A stretch of DNA of 64,000 bases from an uncultured Clostridia bacterium (GTDB lineage Bacteria > Bacillota > Clostridia > Christensenellales > UBA1242), in contig CALWOV010000003.1 of assembly GCA_944383275.1 (NCBI GenBank), positions 29,827-93,826 of the forward strand. Reading direction: 5' to 3'. The notes beneath the pieces are model-generated. The model had not been told where the DNA came from. It did no database searches and saw nothing but the letters and a program-made list of their open reading frames with translations. The position numbers and the translations under genes are program-made. Numbering within the stretch: position 1 is the first letter of the stretch; every line of letters begins with the position of its first letter. This document shows, piece by piece, positions 1 to 11,529 of this stretch.

Positions 1-48
1 TAGTGATTTAACATATTAAAATATTTTATTTAATTTATTATTTACTTA

Positions 49-405
49 TTACTTACCATTAGGGTTTCCTAATTTTTCGCCCCCAAGAATATGGATATGT
101 AAATGCATAACTTCTTGCTCTGCATCATTCCCTGTTTCGCCTTTTTGATTGATAATTAAACGGTAACCGTTTGAAAGCCCTAACTGTTTTGAAAGCGTAG
201 GAATTTTCCCCATTATTCTACCCAACATTTGTTCGTCTTCTTTGGTCATTTCGTTTAATGTTGCAAAGTGTTTGCGTGGGACTGCTAGATAGTGAAGTTT
301 TGCCTTTGGGTTAAGGTCTGTAAAAACTATAAAATCGTCATCGCTATATACTATGTTACTAGGAATTTCTCCATTAATAATTTTACAAAAAATGCAATTT
401 TCCAT
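49..405 (-). CDS. HIT-family (histidine triad) nucleotide hydrolase
   Basis: 118-aa ORF with C-terminal histidine-triad motif HLHIHIL; typical HIT size. Confidence 0.85.
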   Translation of the reverse strand: MENCIFCKIINGEIPSNIVYSDDDFIVFTDLNPKAKLHYLAVPRKHFATLNEMTKEDEQMLGRIMGKIPTLSKQLGLSNGYRLIINQKGETGNDAEQEVMHLHIHILGGEKLGNPNGK

Positions 406-408
406 TTT

Positions 409-1260
409 TTATTTACCCCTGTTATTTAATTCTTTCCAATGCTCTTTTGTAAGTTCAAATTCAACACCTTGTTGCATTTCTCCATTTGCATCTTTGAATT
501 CAAACTCTTTAACTAATTCTGTGTTTAACTTGTTTTTATAAACATATATTGCTCTTGTGTTTTTCTTATTTGTTGATATCGAAATCTTATTTACATTATC
601 ATTTTTAAACAATTCTTTAAAAAACTTTTTCATAACAAAGGTGCCTATGCCTTTGTTTTGATACTCGGCGTTACAAATTTTTATTCCAAAATCAGCAACT
701 CCATCTTTAATATTTGCACTTAGTTCGCCAATTGGTTCTTTATTGTAGCAAATTATAAAAAGTAAATTATAAAAATTGCGATTAACTATTTTATCACGAA
801 CTTCATTAACAGTTATTCCTAATCCATCAGGAAAACCTGCGTGTTCCATAATATTACCATCGTTCCACCATTTTGCAAGCAACTCGGCATCACTTACCTG
901 CGCTTTCCTAAATGATTCTTTATGCCCAGAAAAACTATAGGATACTTTTTTGTTAAAAATTTTCCAACCTTTACATTCAAACTCATCTTCTAAAATGCTT
1001 AACTTAAAACCTACATCATAGATTTTGTTTTTAAGTTCAGTTTTAATATCTTCATCTATCTCTTTGTTGTTTAAAAATTCGTTAGAAATATCTTTTTGCT
1101 TTTTATAAATATCTTTGATTACATCTAGTTTATTAATTGCTATTTCTAGGTCTTTGGTATTTTCGACTTGTGCTATTTCTGCTTTTAATTTTTCTAAATT
1201 GTTAAAAATTATATTATATTCAGAATTATTGTGTGTTAATTCTTTATTCATTAATAACAT
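409..1260 (-). CDS. GNAT-family N-acetyltransferase with N-terminal coiled-coil extension
   Basis: C-terminal ~170 aa has a GNAT-like pattern (WWNDGNIMEHAGFPDGL ... NKGIGTFVMKKF); N-terminal ~100 aa is K/E/N-rich and helical. Confidence 0.6.
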   Translation of the reverse strand: MLLMNKELTHNNSEYNIIFNNLEKLKAEIAQVENTKDLEIAINKLDVIKDIYKKQKDISNEFLNNKEIDEDIKTELKNKIYDVGFKLSILEDEFECKGWKIFNKKVSYSFSGHKESFRKAQVSDAELLAKWWNDGNIMEHAGFPDGLGITVNEVRDKIVNRNFYNLLFIICYNKEPIGELSANIKDGVADFGIKICNAEYQNKGIGTFVMKKFFKELFKNDNVNKISISTNKKNTRAIYVYKNKLNTELVKEFEFKDANGEMQQGVEFELTKEHWKELNNRGK

Positions 1261-1264
1261 CTGA

Positions 1265-2545
1265 TTAATCGTCCTTTACAATTTCAACAAGACTACCCTT
1301 AACTCCATCAAGATATAGTTCATCTATACGAACATATGCAAGGTCGTTTGGTTCTGCCTGCTTTTTAGGTAGATATACTTTTGTAAAATTTCTGGTATGA
1401 CCAACAATATATTCGTCTTTTTCTTGTTCGCACAACATTTCTTGAACAGTGCCGAGTTGCTTTTCTAAAAATTCTTTTTCAAGTTCATCTCGAAGTTTTG
1501 TTACTTTCATAACTCTTTCTTTAACAACATTGGCATCTACATTAGGTTTACGAGAAGCAACAGTTCCTGCCCTTCTTGAATAAGGGAATATATGTATATA
1601 GCCAAATTTTGCCCGTTTTATTGTATCAATGGTTTGTTTGAAATCTTCATCAGTTTCCCCCGGAAAACCAACAATTAAGTCGGTGGTTATGTTACAATCT
1701 GGGAAAGCATCTTTTAGCATTTTAACTTTTTCTAAAAATTCAGCAGATGTATAATGCCTGTTCATATCTTTTAAAACTTTATCACAGCCACTTTGCATAC
1801 TTAAATGAAAGTGATGACAAAAATTTGGCATTTTTTTAATAGTTTCTATAAGTTGTGGTGTGATGATGTTCATTTCCATTGAACTTATGCGAATTCTTGC
1901 ATTAATTGTGGTAAGTGAACTTAAAAGGTCTATCATATCTCGATTTATATCCTGACCCCAAGCAGAAATGTTTATGCCTGTTAGCACAATTTCTTTACTG
2001 TGCTTTGCAATGTTAAAACATTCAACAATAATTGATTCTAGGGGTCTGCTTCTGCTTCGCCCCCGAACATATGGAATTAAACAGTATGAACAAAAATTGT
2101 TACAGCCATCTTGCACTTTAACATAAGCGCGTGTTCTATGTTTAAGGGGCGCACTCATCTCTTCCCAATCTAGTGGTGGTTCTACAACAAATGCTCCACT
2201 TTCTTCCAAAATTAAAGGTAGCAGATGTTTACTGCTTGTTCCTATTATTACACTAACATTTTTCTTGCCTTCAAAGTTTTTTGCTTGATGTTGACTTGCA
2301 CAGCCACACACAATTATTCGTGCATTTGGTGCAAGTTTATTTATCTTTGAAAGCATTTGTCGTGATTTTCGTTCGGCTTCATTGGTTACTGCACAAGTTG
2401 AAAGAATAACAAAATCGCAATCGCTTGTTATTTCATTTTCAACTATAAAACCATTTTCTTCCAATTGCTTTGCAACACTGTCGGCTTCAAACTGATTTAC
2501 TTTACAACCGAGTGTTAAAAAGGCAACTTTTTTTTGTTTATTCAT
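1265..2545 (-). CDS. mtaB: tRNA methylthiotransferase, MtaB-like (radical SAM, MiaB family)
   Basis: Radical-SAM CNNFCSYC motif, N-terminal MTTase domain (TLGCKVNQFE), C-terminal TRAM-like end; lies after rsmE as yqeV does in the Bacillus dnaK region. Confidence 0.75.
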   Translation of the reverse strand: MNKQKKVAFLTLGCKVNQFEADSVAKQLEENGFIVENEITSDCDFVILSTCAVTNEAERKSRQMLSKINKLAPNARIIVCGCASQHQAKNFEGKKNVSVIIGTSSKHLLPLILEESGAFVVEPPLDWEEMSAPLKHRTRAYVKVQDGCNNFCSYCLIPYVRGRSRSRPLESIIVECFNIAKHSKEIVLTGINISAWGQDINRDMIDLLSSLTTINARIRISSMEMNIITPQLIETIKKMPNFCHHFHLSMQSGCDKVLKDMNRHYTSAEFLEKVKMLKDAFPDCNITTDLIVGFPGETDEDFKQTIDTIKRAKFGYIHIFPYSRRAGTVASRKPNVDANVVKERVMKVTKLRDELEKEFLEKQLGTVQEMLCEQEKDEYIVGHTRNFTKVYLPKKQAEPNDLAYVRIDELYLDGVKGSLVEIVKDD

Positions 2546-3272
2546 TTTTCCATTCTCCTAATTCATATAACAAAGCACTTAATAATGCAACGCTTGCAGT
2601 TTCGGCACGCAATATATTTTTGCCCATACTTATAACAGAAGCACCTAAATTTTTAAAATCTTCAATTTCTTGCTCTGAAAAGCCACCTTCACTGCCAACA
2701 ATTATGGCAACAGGTTTTGTTTTATCAAGTTTCGTTATTATTTCTTTTGCAGGCTTTGTTTCTTTTTCATATGCAACAATTATTTGGCTATATTCTTTTA
2801 ACTTTTCAAGCATTTCATTATACTGAACTATGTTTGAAATTTGAGGCATAATGTTTCTTCCACTTTGCTTACAGGCTTCAACTGCAATTTTAGATAATCG
2901 CTCTTGCTTATTATCTTTAGGTTTTACATTTGTGAAAGTGCTTATAAATGGTATAATTTTGGTTACACCAAGTTCAGTTGTTTTTTGAACGCACCATTCC
3001 ATATGCTCACCTTTTATAATGGCTTGAAAAAGTGTGATATTATAGTCTGTTGGTTTTAAATTAGATGTTGAAAGAATTTTAAGTAAGGTATAATCTTTTT
3101 TAATTTCAGTTATTTTGCAATTGAATTCTTTATCTATAAAATTAGATACAATAATTTCATCGCTAACAGATAATCTTAACACTCGGCTTATATGGGTGTG
3201 TTCTGCCCCACTTATTTTGATTTGATTATCATTTATAATATTTTCATTTGAAATATAAAATTGTCTTGCCAC
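2538..3272 (-). CDS. rsmE: 16S rRNA (uracil1498-N3)-methyltransferase RsmE
   Basis: 244 aa with the GSEGGFSEQEI motif typical of RsmE; synteny downstream of dnaJ. Confidence 0.8.
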   Translation of the reverse strand: MARQFYISNENIINDNQIKISGAEHTHISRVLRLSVSDEIIVSNFIDKEFNCKITEIKKDYTLLKILSTSNLKPTDYNITLFQAIIKGEHMEWCVQKTTELGVTKIIPFISTFTNVKPKDNKQERLSKIAVEACKQSGRNIMPQISNIVQYNEMLEKLKEYSQIIVAYEKETKPAKEIITKLDKTKPVAIIVGSEGGFSEQEIEDFKNLGASVISMGKNILRAETASVALLSALLYELGEWKNE

Positions 3273-3273
3273 T

Positions 3274-3936
3274 TTATTCTTCCTCTATAATATAATCTGC
3301 AACAAGGTCGCCTTTATTAAACTCGTGTTCTACCCCAACAGTTGTAAAACCTTGATTTTTCGCATAAGTTAAATATTTTTGAGCATCTTCAAAAATAACG
3401 CAAGTATTTGAATTTTCGCCAATATATTCTTTGATATTATCTAAAATTTTAAATTTACTTGTTGTATAACTTGAAATTAATTTTGTAAATTTAAAAAGCA
3501 CATTCCATTTTGATAAATAGTATTTTAAAAACTCTTCACTTTCATTTGAAAGAACATATAATTTTTTATTAGGAAATTCACTTAAAATATCAAGAAAATA
3601 ACTATTTAATTTAGGCTCATACTGTTCAACTATCTCTTTATAAAATGCTGGTAAATCTTTTTTTAATTTTTCAAAATCAAAATTATAGTTAAATAAATTG
3701 CATAAATTTTGGTGAATAACAGATATTTGCTGGTGTATGATTAATTTTTTAAAATCTTCCTTTGAAAGTTCAAAACCATATTGTTTGCAATTTTTAACAT
3801 GGACTAGATATTGCAGTGGCTCGTTATTCGTAAGAGTTCCATCGAAATCAAAAATAAAATTATCTTTACTATTCAATAAATCAAAAAGTTCTTTTTTCAT
3901 AAAAGAAATATTAACATTATAATAGTTAAAAGTCAA
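3274..3936 (-). CDS. HAD-superfamily hydrolase
   Basis: DxDGT motif (FDFDGTL) near the N-terminus. The true start may be the ATG at 3900 (MKKELFDLL); the 3936 start is non-ATG. Confidence 0.6.
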   Translation of the reverse strand: MTFNYYNVNISFMKKELFDLLNSKDNFIFDFDGTLTNNEPLQYLVHVKNCKQYGFELSKEDFKKLIIHQQISVIHQNLCNLFNYNFDFEKLKKDLPAFYKEIVEQYEPKLNSYFLDILSEFPNKKLYVLSNESEEFLKYYLSKWNVLFKFTKLISSYTTSKFKILDNIKEYIGENSNTCVIFEDAQKYLTYAKNQGFTTVGVEHEFNKGDLVADYIIEEE

Positions 3937-4030
3937 TTAATTAGTTATTAACAATATTATTTCATTAAAATTAGAAACTTTTTTTGAAAATTAATTTTTT
4001 ATATTAAATGATTAAAAATTGGTTATTTAA

Positions 4031-4060
4031 TAAAAAGTTCGCAAAAATTTGCGAACTTTT
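4031..4060 (-). terminator. Rho-independent terminator after dnaJ
   Basis: GTTCGCAAA/TTTGCGAAC hairpin at 4037-4056. It is flanked by T-runs on the minus strand and abuts the dnaJ stop. Confidence 0.7.
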
Positions 4061-5187
4061 TATAATGTTTTTAACTTTTCTTGATAGCGTTTATATTGTT
4101 CAAAGTTACTGTCGGAAATAGAATTTGATAATTGTTCTATTTTGTCTTTTAACTTTCTATCAACATTTTTTGGAAGTTCAACACAAACCTTAACAAACAT
4201 ATCACCTGTTCCTGATTTATTTAAGCGCTTTATACCTTTGCCTTTTAATTTCAATATTGTATTAGGTTGAGTATTTTCAGGAATATTAAGTTCAAGTTTA
4301 CCTTCCAAACTTGGAATAATAACTTTTCCACCTAACATTGCTGTGGTAAATGGCACAGGTAAATCTAGATAGATATCAAAACCATCACGAACAAGCATTT
4401 TATGTTTTTCAACATTAACTATAATTTGTAAGTCGCCATCAGGCCCACCACGAATACCTGCATCGCCGTATCCACGCAAAGTCATAACCTGACCGTCATC
4501 AATACCTGCAGGAATATCAACTGTTATAGGAGAATTGTTTTTATAATAGCCTTTACCATTACAATGTTCGCATTTATCTTTAACAATTTTTCCTGTTCCA
4601 TTACATTTTTTACAAGGTGCTGTGTTAACAACTCTGCCAAACAATGTATCTTGTGCATAACGAACTTGACCTGAACCACCACAATCTGAACAAGTTGTGT
4701 AGGCTGTGCCATTTTTAGCCCCTGTTCCGTGACAATGTGAACAATTTACTGTTCTTACAAGATTTATTGTTTTCTTTACACCAAAAGCAGCTTCTTCAAA
4801 TTTAAGAGTAATTCTTGTGGTTAAAGTGTTGCCTGCAACTGCTGTTGAATTTCGTTGCCCACCACCAGCAAAATTTGTAAATATATTAAAGATATCTTCA
4901 AAGCCACCACCAAAACCTGAAAAACCACCACTGCTACCACTGCCACCACCAAAGAAATCGTTTGGGTTTGGTCCACTAGCACTGCCATATTTATCATAGT
5001 TTGCTTTTTTAGTTGCATCAGATAAAACTTCATATGCTTCATTGATTTCTTTGAATTTATTTGCAGCATCTGGTTCTTTGTTTAAATCGGGATGATATTT
5101 TTTAGCAAGTTTACGGTATGCACTTTTGATTTCATCTGCTGATGCTGATTTGTCAACACCCAAAATATCGTAATAATTTTTTGCCAC
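4060..5187 (-). CDS. dnaJ: Chaperone DnaJ
   Basis: J domain (YYDILGV...HPD), G/F-rich linker, four CxxCxGxG zinc-finger repeats. Confidence 0.95.
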   Translation of the reverse strand: MAKNYYDILGVDKSASADEIKSAYRKLAKKYHPDLNKEPDAANKFKEINEAYEVLSDATKKANYDKYGSASGPNPNDFFGGGSGSSGGFSGFGGGFEDIFNIFTNFAGGGQRNSTAVAGNTLTTRITLKFEEAAFGVKKTINLVRTVNCSHCHGTGAKNGTAYTTCSDCGGSGQVRYAQDTLFGRVVNTAPCKKCNGTGKIVKDKCEHCNGKGYYKNNSPITVDIPAGIDDGQVMTLRGYGDAGIRGGPDGDLQIIVNVEKHKMLVRDGFDIYLDLPVPFTTAMLGGKVIIPSLEGKLELNIPENTQPNTILKLKGKGIKRLNKSGTGDMFVKVCVELPKNVDRKLKDKIEQLSNSISDSNFEQYKRYQEKLKTL

Positions 5188-5202
5188 TTTACTTTACTCC
5201 AA

Positions 5203-7047
<1,845 letters not shown>

Positions 7048-7089
7048 TTATTTTTAATATTAAAACGCAAATAAATGCGTGAAAATTTA

Positions 7090-7716
7090 TTATTTTGCAA
7101 CTTTTACCATACTGTGTCTTATAACGCCGTTTGGTGAAACAAAACCTTTTTGCATTTCATCAAGCACTATTCCACTTTCAACGCCTTCAACCTCTTCTGA
7201 TAAAATTGCATTGTGCAAGTTAGGGTCAAAACTTTTCCCAACTGCTTCAATAGGTGTTATATTAATTTCTTTAAGCGAATTAATGAATTCTCGTTCAACC
7301 ATTTCTAGCCCTTGTTTTGTTTGCTCATCTGTAATATGTTTCAAAGCATTATCTACTGCGTCATATGATGGCAAAATTGCTTTTGCTGCATAGGCAATGC
7401 CTTTATTATATGCATCAATTTCAAGTTTTGCATTACGCTTTCTGTAATTATCAAAATCTGCTTGAAGTTGTTGCAACATTTTTGTTAATGCTATACTGTT
7501 TTCGCGCTCTAATTGCAACTTTAAGTTCATATCTTGTGGGGGTTGCAAATCTTCTGCTGGCTCTTCTGCAATATATGGGTCAACAGGTGGCGAATCATTT
7601 GTATTTTGCTGTTTTTCGGTATCTATATTATTTTTGCTATTTTCTTTGTAATTATTGTGATGATGATTGTTATATTTATGATTTTTTGACATCTTTATTC
7701 TCATCTCCTTTTGCAC
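7090..7716 (-). CDS. grpE: Nucleotide exchange factor GrpE
   Basis: C-terminal GrpE domain in the hrcA-grpE-dnaK order; H/N-rich N-terminal extension; probable start at 7692 (MSKNHKY). Confidence 0.9.
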   Translation of the reverse strand: MQKEMRIKMSKNHKYNNHHHNNYKENSKNNIDTEKQQNTNDSPPVDPYIAEEPAEDLQPPQDMNLKLQLERENSIALTKMLQQLQADFDNYRKRNAKLEIDAYNKGIAYAAKAILPSYDAVDNALKHITDEQTKQGLEMVEREFINSLKEINITPIEAVGKSFDPNLHNAILSEEVEGVESGIVLDEMQKGFVSPNGVIRHSMVKVAK

Positions 7717-8779
7717 TATTAGTTAAGGCTTTTAAGTTTTGAAATTCTCCAACAACGAATTTCAAAGCACCTGCAATTTTTGCATAATCCATTCGTTGTG
7801 GACCAATTATTCCAATACTTGCAATATTTTCGCCATCTACTTGATAATTTGTTTGCGCAATGGCACAATCTTGCAAGTCTTCAATAGGTATTTCAGCACC
7901 TATTTTAAAACTGACTTCTTCAGTGTTTTCGTTTTCATCTGCGTTTAAAATTGTTTCAACTTCTTTAGGATTATGAATTGCATCTATTACTCGTTTAACT
8001 TTTATTGGGTCGTTATATTCAGGATTTTCAAGCAATTTTAATTCTCCACTGCTTGCAATTCTAGGGTCATTGTTTATACTTTCTATTAATGCTTTTAATG
8101 AATTTAACAAAGTATCAAAAATTGTTTTAAATTCGTCAAGTTCGTTTTCCATTGATTGCCTGTATGTGCCAATGTTTTTTATCATATCGGCAATTGTATG
8201 TTCGGCAAAAGTTTTTGTTAAAAAATTACTTGCATCAATAAAAGTTTCTGTAACCACTTCAGAGTTAATATCCATGGTGTTATTTATCACGCCACTGTTT
8301 GTTTCTATTAATATCAGTGCCTGACCTGTTAAAAGAGGCACAATTTTTATATTTTTTATTACCAATTTTTCAAAACCACGAAGCATTACCACTGTTGGAT
8401 AATTTGTTGCTTTACTTACAACAGATGCGATTTCGTTTACTATATCGCCAAGATACACAGTTCTTTTATTAAATAGGTTTTGAATTTCCGAAAGCGTGCT
8501 TGTATCCATTGGAATATCACACATCATAGAATTAACAAAAAAACGATAACCCTTACTTGTTGGAACACGACCACCCGATGTATGCAACTGTCTTAAAAAG
8601 CCCATCGCTTCAAGTGCATTCAGTTCGGTTCGCAAAGTTGCAGTGCTTAGGTTCTCGCAACATTTGTTTTTAATTGCACTGCTAGTTATGGGGCTTGCTT
8701 GTTGAATATACTCTTCAACAGCGTTTAACAATATTTGTCTTTTTCTTTCACTTAAATTTGAAAATTCATCATTATTCAA
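7676..8779 (-). CDS. hrcA: Heat-inducible transcription repressor HrcA
   Basis: 367 aa with an N-terminal wHTH (RKRQILLNAVEEYI); lies upstream of grpE-dnaK-dnaJ and is preceded by CIRCE. Confidence 0.9.
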   Translation of the reverse strand: MNNDEFSNLSERKRQILLNAVEEYIQQASPITSSAIKNKCCENLSTATLRTELNALEAMGFLRQLHTSGGRVPTSKGYRFFVNSMMCDIPMDTSTLSEIQNLFNKRTVYLGDIVNEIASVVSKATNYPTVVMLRGFEKLVIKNIKIVPLLTGQALILIETNSGVINNTMDINSEVVTETFIDASNFLTKTFAEHTIADMIKNIGTYRQSMENELDEFKTIFDTLLNSLKALIESINNDPRIASSGELKLLENPEYNDPIKVKRVIDAIHNPKEVETILNADENENTEEVSFKIGAEIPIEDLQDCAIAQTNYQVDGENIASIGIIGPQRMDYAKIAGALKFVVGEFQNLKALTNSAKGDENKDVKKS

Positions 8780-8800
8780 TTTTCTACCCCCTTTGTATTG

Positions 8801-8827
8801 CTAGCACTTTTATTATATGAATGTTAG
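8801..8827 (-). promoter_or_regulatory. Second, degenerate CIRCE-like inverted repeat
   Basis: CTAGCACTT-N9-GAATGTTAG sits directly next to the strong CIRCE and overlaps it by 4 bp; several mismatches. Confidence 0.3.
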
Positions 8828-8850
8828 CACTCTTTTGTTGCGATTGCTAA
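8824..8850 (-). promoter_or_regulatory. CIRCE operator (HrcA binding site)
   Basis: TTAGCACTC-N9-GATTGCTAA matches the consensus TTAGCACTC-N9-GAGTGCTAA with one mismatch; about 45 bp upstream of the hrcA start. Confidence 0.85.
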
Positions 8851-8948
8851 TATTATATTACCCAATTTTTAAAAAGTCAACACATTTGCACCACTTTTTT
8901 TAAAAATTTTTTAATTTTTTATTAACTATTTTTAAAAAACAAAAAAAC

Positions 8949-8977
8949 AAGCCTTATTAAGACTTGCTTTTTTATAG
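8949..8977. terminator. Bidirectional hairpin terminator
   Basis: CAAGCCTTA/TAAGACTTG hairpin with one mismatch, flanked by an A-run upstream and a T-run downstream. Confidence 0.45.
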
Positions 8978-9021
8978 TTTTTCCTTTTCTTATTATATAT
9001 AGCATTTTTTAAATGCAAATT

Positions 9022-9297
9022 TTACATTTGCTTTTCAGAAGTTTTACTTTCTTTTGATACCCTATCCCAATCAACAATATTAGATAATTTTTTAATTGGC
9101 GCAACATAATTTTTAAATTCATTTAAACTAGAAACATATTCTAGTTCAGTTTTTTGGTTTTTATCTTCAATTGGTCTTACTTTTCTCATTTCAGGAGCAA
9201 ACGAACTGTATGGCCTTACATAGTTATATCTATAATGGTAAATTGTTTTTTCTGCAACATCTACTTTTTCTTTTATAATTTCTTTTCTATCTTCCAT
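9022..9297 (-). CDS. Hypothetical protein
   Basis: 91-aa ORF in an otherwise empty interval; no recognisable motif. Confidence 0.35.
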   Translation of the reverse strand: MEDRKEIIKEKVDVAEKTIYHYRYNYVRPYSSFAPEMRKVRPIEDKNQKTELEYVSSLNEFKNYVAPIKKLSNIVDWDRVSKESKTSEKQM

Positions 9298-9384
9298 ATC
9301 ATAACCTACCTTAATAACTTATATTGATAATTTAATTTTAACACAATATTTTATAAAAAGCAATACCCTTTTTTTAAGTATTGC

Positions 9385-9891
9385 TTATTTAAGGTTTAAA
9401 TAGAAAACTTCTATATCTTTCTCATCTGCTTTTAATTTCCCATTTTCTTTTAGATTATATTGTTTAAAAGAATTTGCTTTTAACACTTTTTTAGAAATTT
9501 CGTTATTCTTTTTTACTTGCGCTATTAAACAAGAACAACCAAGATTAAAACTTTCTTTTACAATTTGATTTAACAAATAATTTCCAAAACCTTTCCCACG
9601 ATAACTATTTCGTATTCTATATGAAATATGATTGCCAACAAGTTCGCTATAAGCATTATCACCTTCTGTTCTTATAATTCCTATACCAACAGGAATATCG
9701 TTACACAATAATGTATAATATTTTCTTATCTCTGCATTTTTAAGAATTTTTTTAAAATACTTTTTAAACTCTCCATATTTCATATTTGTTTCAGAATAAT
9801 AGTCATCAAACTCTTCCTGTGGAAAATCTTTAAACATTTCGTATAATTGTTTTTTAAGTTTTATGTTGAATGGTATGAATTCTAATTTCAT
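9385..9891 (-). CDS. GNAT-family N-acetyltransferase
   Basis: 168 aa with an acetyl-CoA binding-type motif (YRGKGFGNYLL). Confidence 0.7.
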   Translation of the reverse strand: MKLEFIPFNIKLKKQLYEMFKDFPQEEFDDYYSETNMKYGEFKKYFKKILKNAEIRKYYTLLCNDIPVGIGIIRTEGDNAYSELVGNHISYRIRNSYRGKGFGNYLLNQIVKESFNLGCSCLIAQVKKNNEISKKVLKANSFKQYNLKENGKLKADEKDIEVFYLNLK

Positions 9892-11007
9892 TTAAAAAAA
9901 TTCCTCTATAATTAAATTTGTAATTTCTGTTTTAATAACTTTTAAAAATTCATTTTCGATTTTCACAGTGTTATTATTTATTAATTTGTTTAGTTGTTTT
10001 GAATATTCTTTTTTAAAATCAGTTTTAAAAATTTGGTTATATTTTGAAATATCCAAGCCATTTGTAGTTCTTAAAGCAAGCATTATAAATTCTTCTTTTG
10101 CAGTTTTTTCTGTTTCTTTTTCTATGTTTAATTTTTTAAATTCATTTTTTAAGTATTCAGATAAAGAAGTTGTGTTTTCCCAATGCATACCGTTATAAAA
10201 ACTGTATGCTGCCACCCCAAAACCTATAAATTCTCCACGTGCCCAATAGTTTAAATTATGTTTACTTTCATAACCAATTTTTGCAAAATTGCTTATTTCA
10301 TAGCAAAAATAACCATTTTTTTCAAGTTTTTTTCGAGTTTTTTGATAAAATTTCACACTTTTATCATCATTTGGGATTTTTAATTCCCCACTTTCAACTT
10401 GTTTATATAACTTAGTTTCTGGTTCTAAAATTAAACCATATGCTGAAATATGATTAACTTTTAATTTAATTAATTTATTAATTGTTCTATTTATGTTTAG
10501 CCATTTTTGTCTTGGCAAGCCAATTAAAATATCTGTGCTGATGTTTGTTATTCCTGCTCTTTTAATTTGTTGAATTGCATTTTTAAAATCATTATAATTA
10601 TGTGGTCTGTTTAATAGTTTTAAAAGTTTATTACTTTTAGCCTGTAACCCAATACTTATTCGGTTAACTTTAGCATCTACCCATATTTTTACTTTTTCAT
10701 AAGTTAATGAATTTGGGTTTGCTTCAACTGTGATTTCGGCATTATCATCTATATTATAGTTTGCATATATTACATTCAAAATATTGGCAATACTTTCGGC
10801 TTTTAAAATTGATGGGGTTCCACCCCCAACATATATAGTTTTTACTATTGTGTTTTTACATTCTTTTGAAAATAATTTAATTTCCTTTATTAGACTTTGA
10901 ACATACTCTTCAAAATAATTTTCACAATTTACAAAAGAAACAAAATTGCAATAGGAACATTTTGATTTACAAAACGGTATATGAATGTATATTGAAATCT
11001 CTTTCAT
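9892..11007 (-). CDS. hemW: Radical-SAM heme chaperone HemW (HemN-like)
   Basis: CxxxCxYC motif (CKSKCSYCNF) at the N-terminus, 371 aa; lies between lepA and hrcA as in Bacillus. Confidence 0.8.
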   Translation of the reverse strand: MKEISIYIHIPFCKSKCSYCNFVSFVNCENYFEEYVQSLIKEIKLFSKECKNTIVKTIYVGGGTPSILKAESIANILNVIYANYNIDDNAEITVEANPNSLTYEKVKIWVDAKVNRISIGLQAKSNKLLKLLNRPHNYNDFKNAIQQIKRAGITNISTDILIGLPRQKWLNINRTINKLIKLKVNHISAYGLILEPETKLYKQVESGELKIPNDDKSVKFYQKTRKKLEKNGYFCYEISNFAKIGYESKHNLNYWARGEFIGFGVAAYSFYNGMHWENTTSLSEYLKNEFKKLNIEKETEKTAKEEFIMLALRTTNGLDISKYNQIFKTDFKKEYSKQLNKLINNNTVKIENEFLKVIKTEITNLIIEEFF

Positions 11008-11009
11008 TA

Positions 11010-11519
11010 TTAATTACCCTGTTTTTCATAGTGCATAAAAATTTGAAAGTTTTTATTAAAATATGGCAAATCTATATCTTGTTCATTTTCTTCTATAATA
11101 AAGCCAAGTTTTTTATATAAATTTATTGCATTAACATTATCCTTATTTACGCCCAAACAAATTTGAAAACTTGGTGTATCTTTTAAAACTTTGCCTATAC
11201 CTTTTTGCAAAACTTTTGAAGCAATACCACGATTTCTAAAGTCTTCTAGTGTTGCAAGACCTGTGATTAAAACTTTGTTTTTCATATCTAAATTATCAAT
11301 ACTATACTTGTATTCAAAACGAGCAACTGATAAAATATTGTCATTTTCTTTTGCAATTACTATAAAATTATTTTTATGCGTTTTATAAAAATTTTCTAAA
11401 AAATATGATAAATAACACAAATATTCAGGTTTTGTGTTATATATTTTGCTTACTTTTATTATAAAATCTTTTTCTTTTAACATTTGATTTTCATTTTTTA
11501 AAATTTTAAAAGTTATCAT
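11010..11519 (-). CDS. GNAT-family N-acetyltransferase
   Basis: 169 aa with motif FRNRGIASKVLQ. Confidence 0.7.
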   Translation of the reverse strand: MITFKILKNENQMLKEKDFIIKVSKIYNTKPEYLCYLSYFLENFYKTHKNNFIVIAKENDNILSVARFEYKYSIDNLDMKNKVLITGLATLEDFRNRGIASKVLQKGIGKVLKDTPSFQICLGVNKDNVNAINLYKKLGFIIEENEQDIDLPYFNKNFQIFMHYEKQGN

Positions 11520-11529
11520 ATATAACCTT

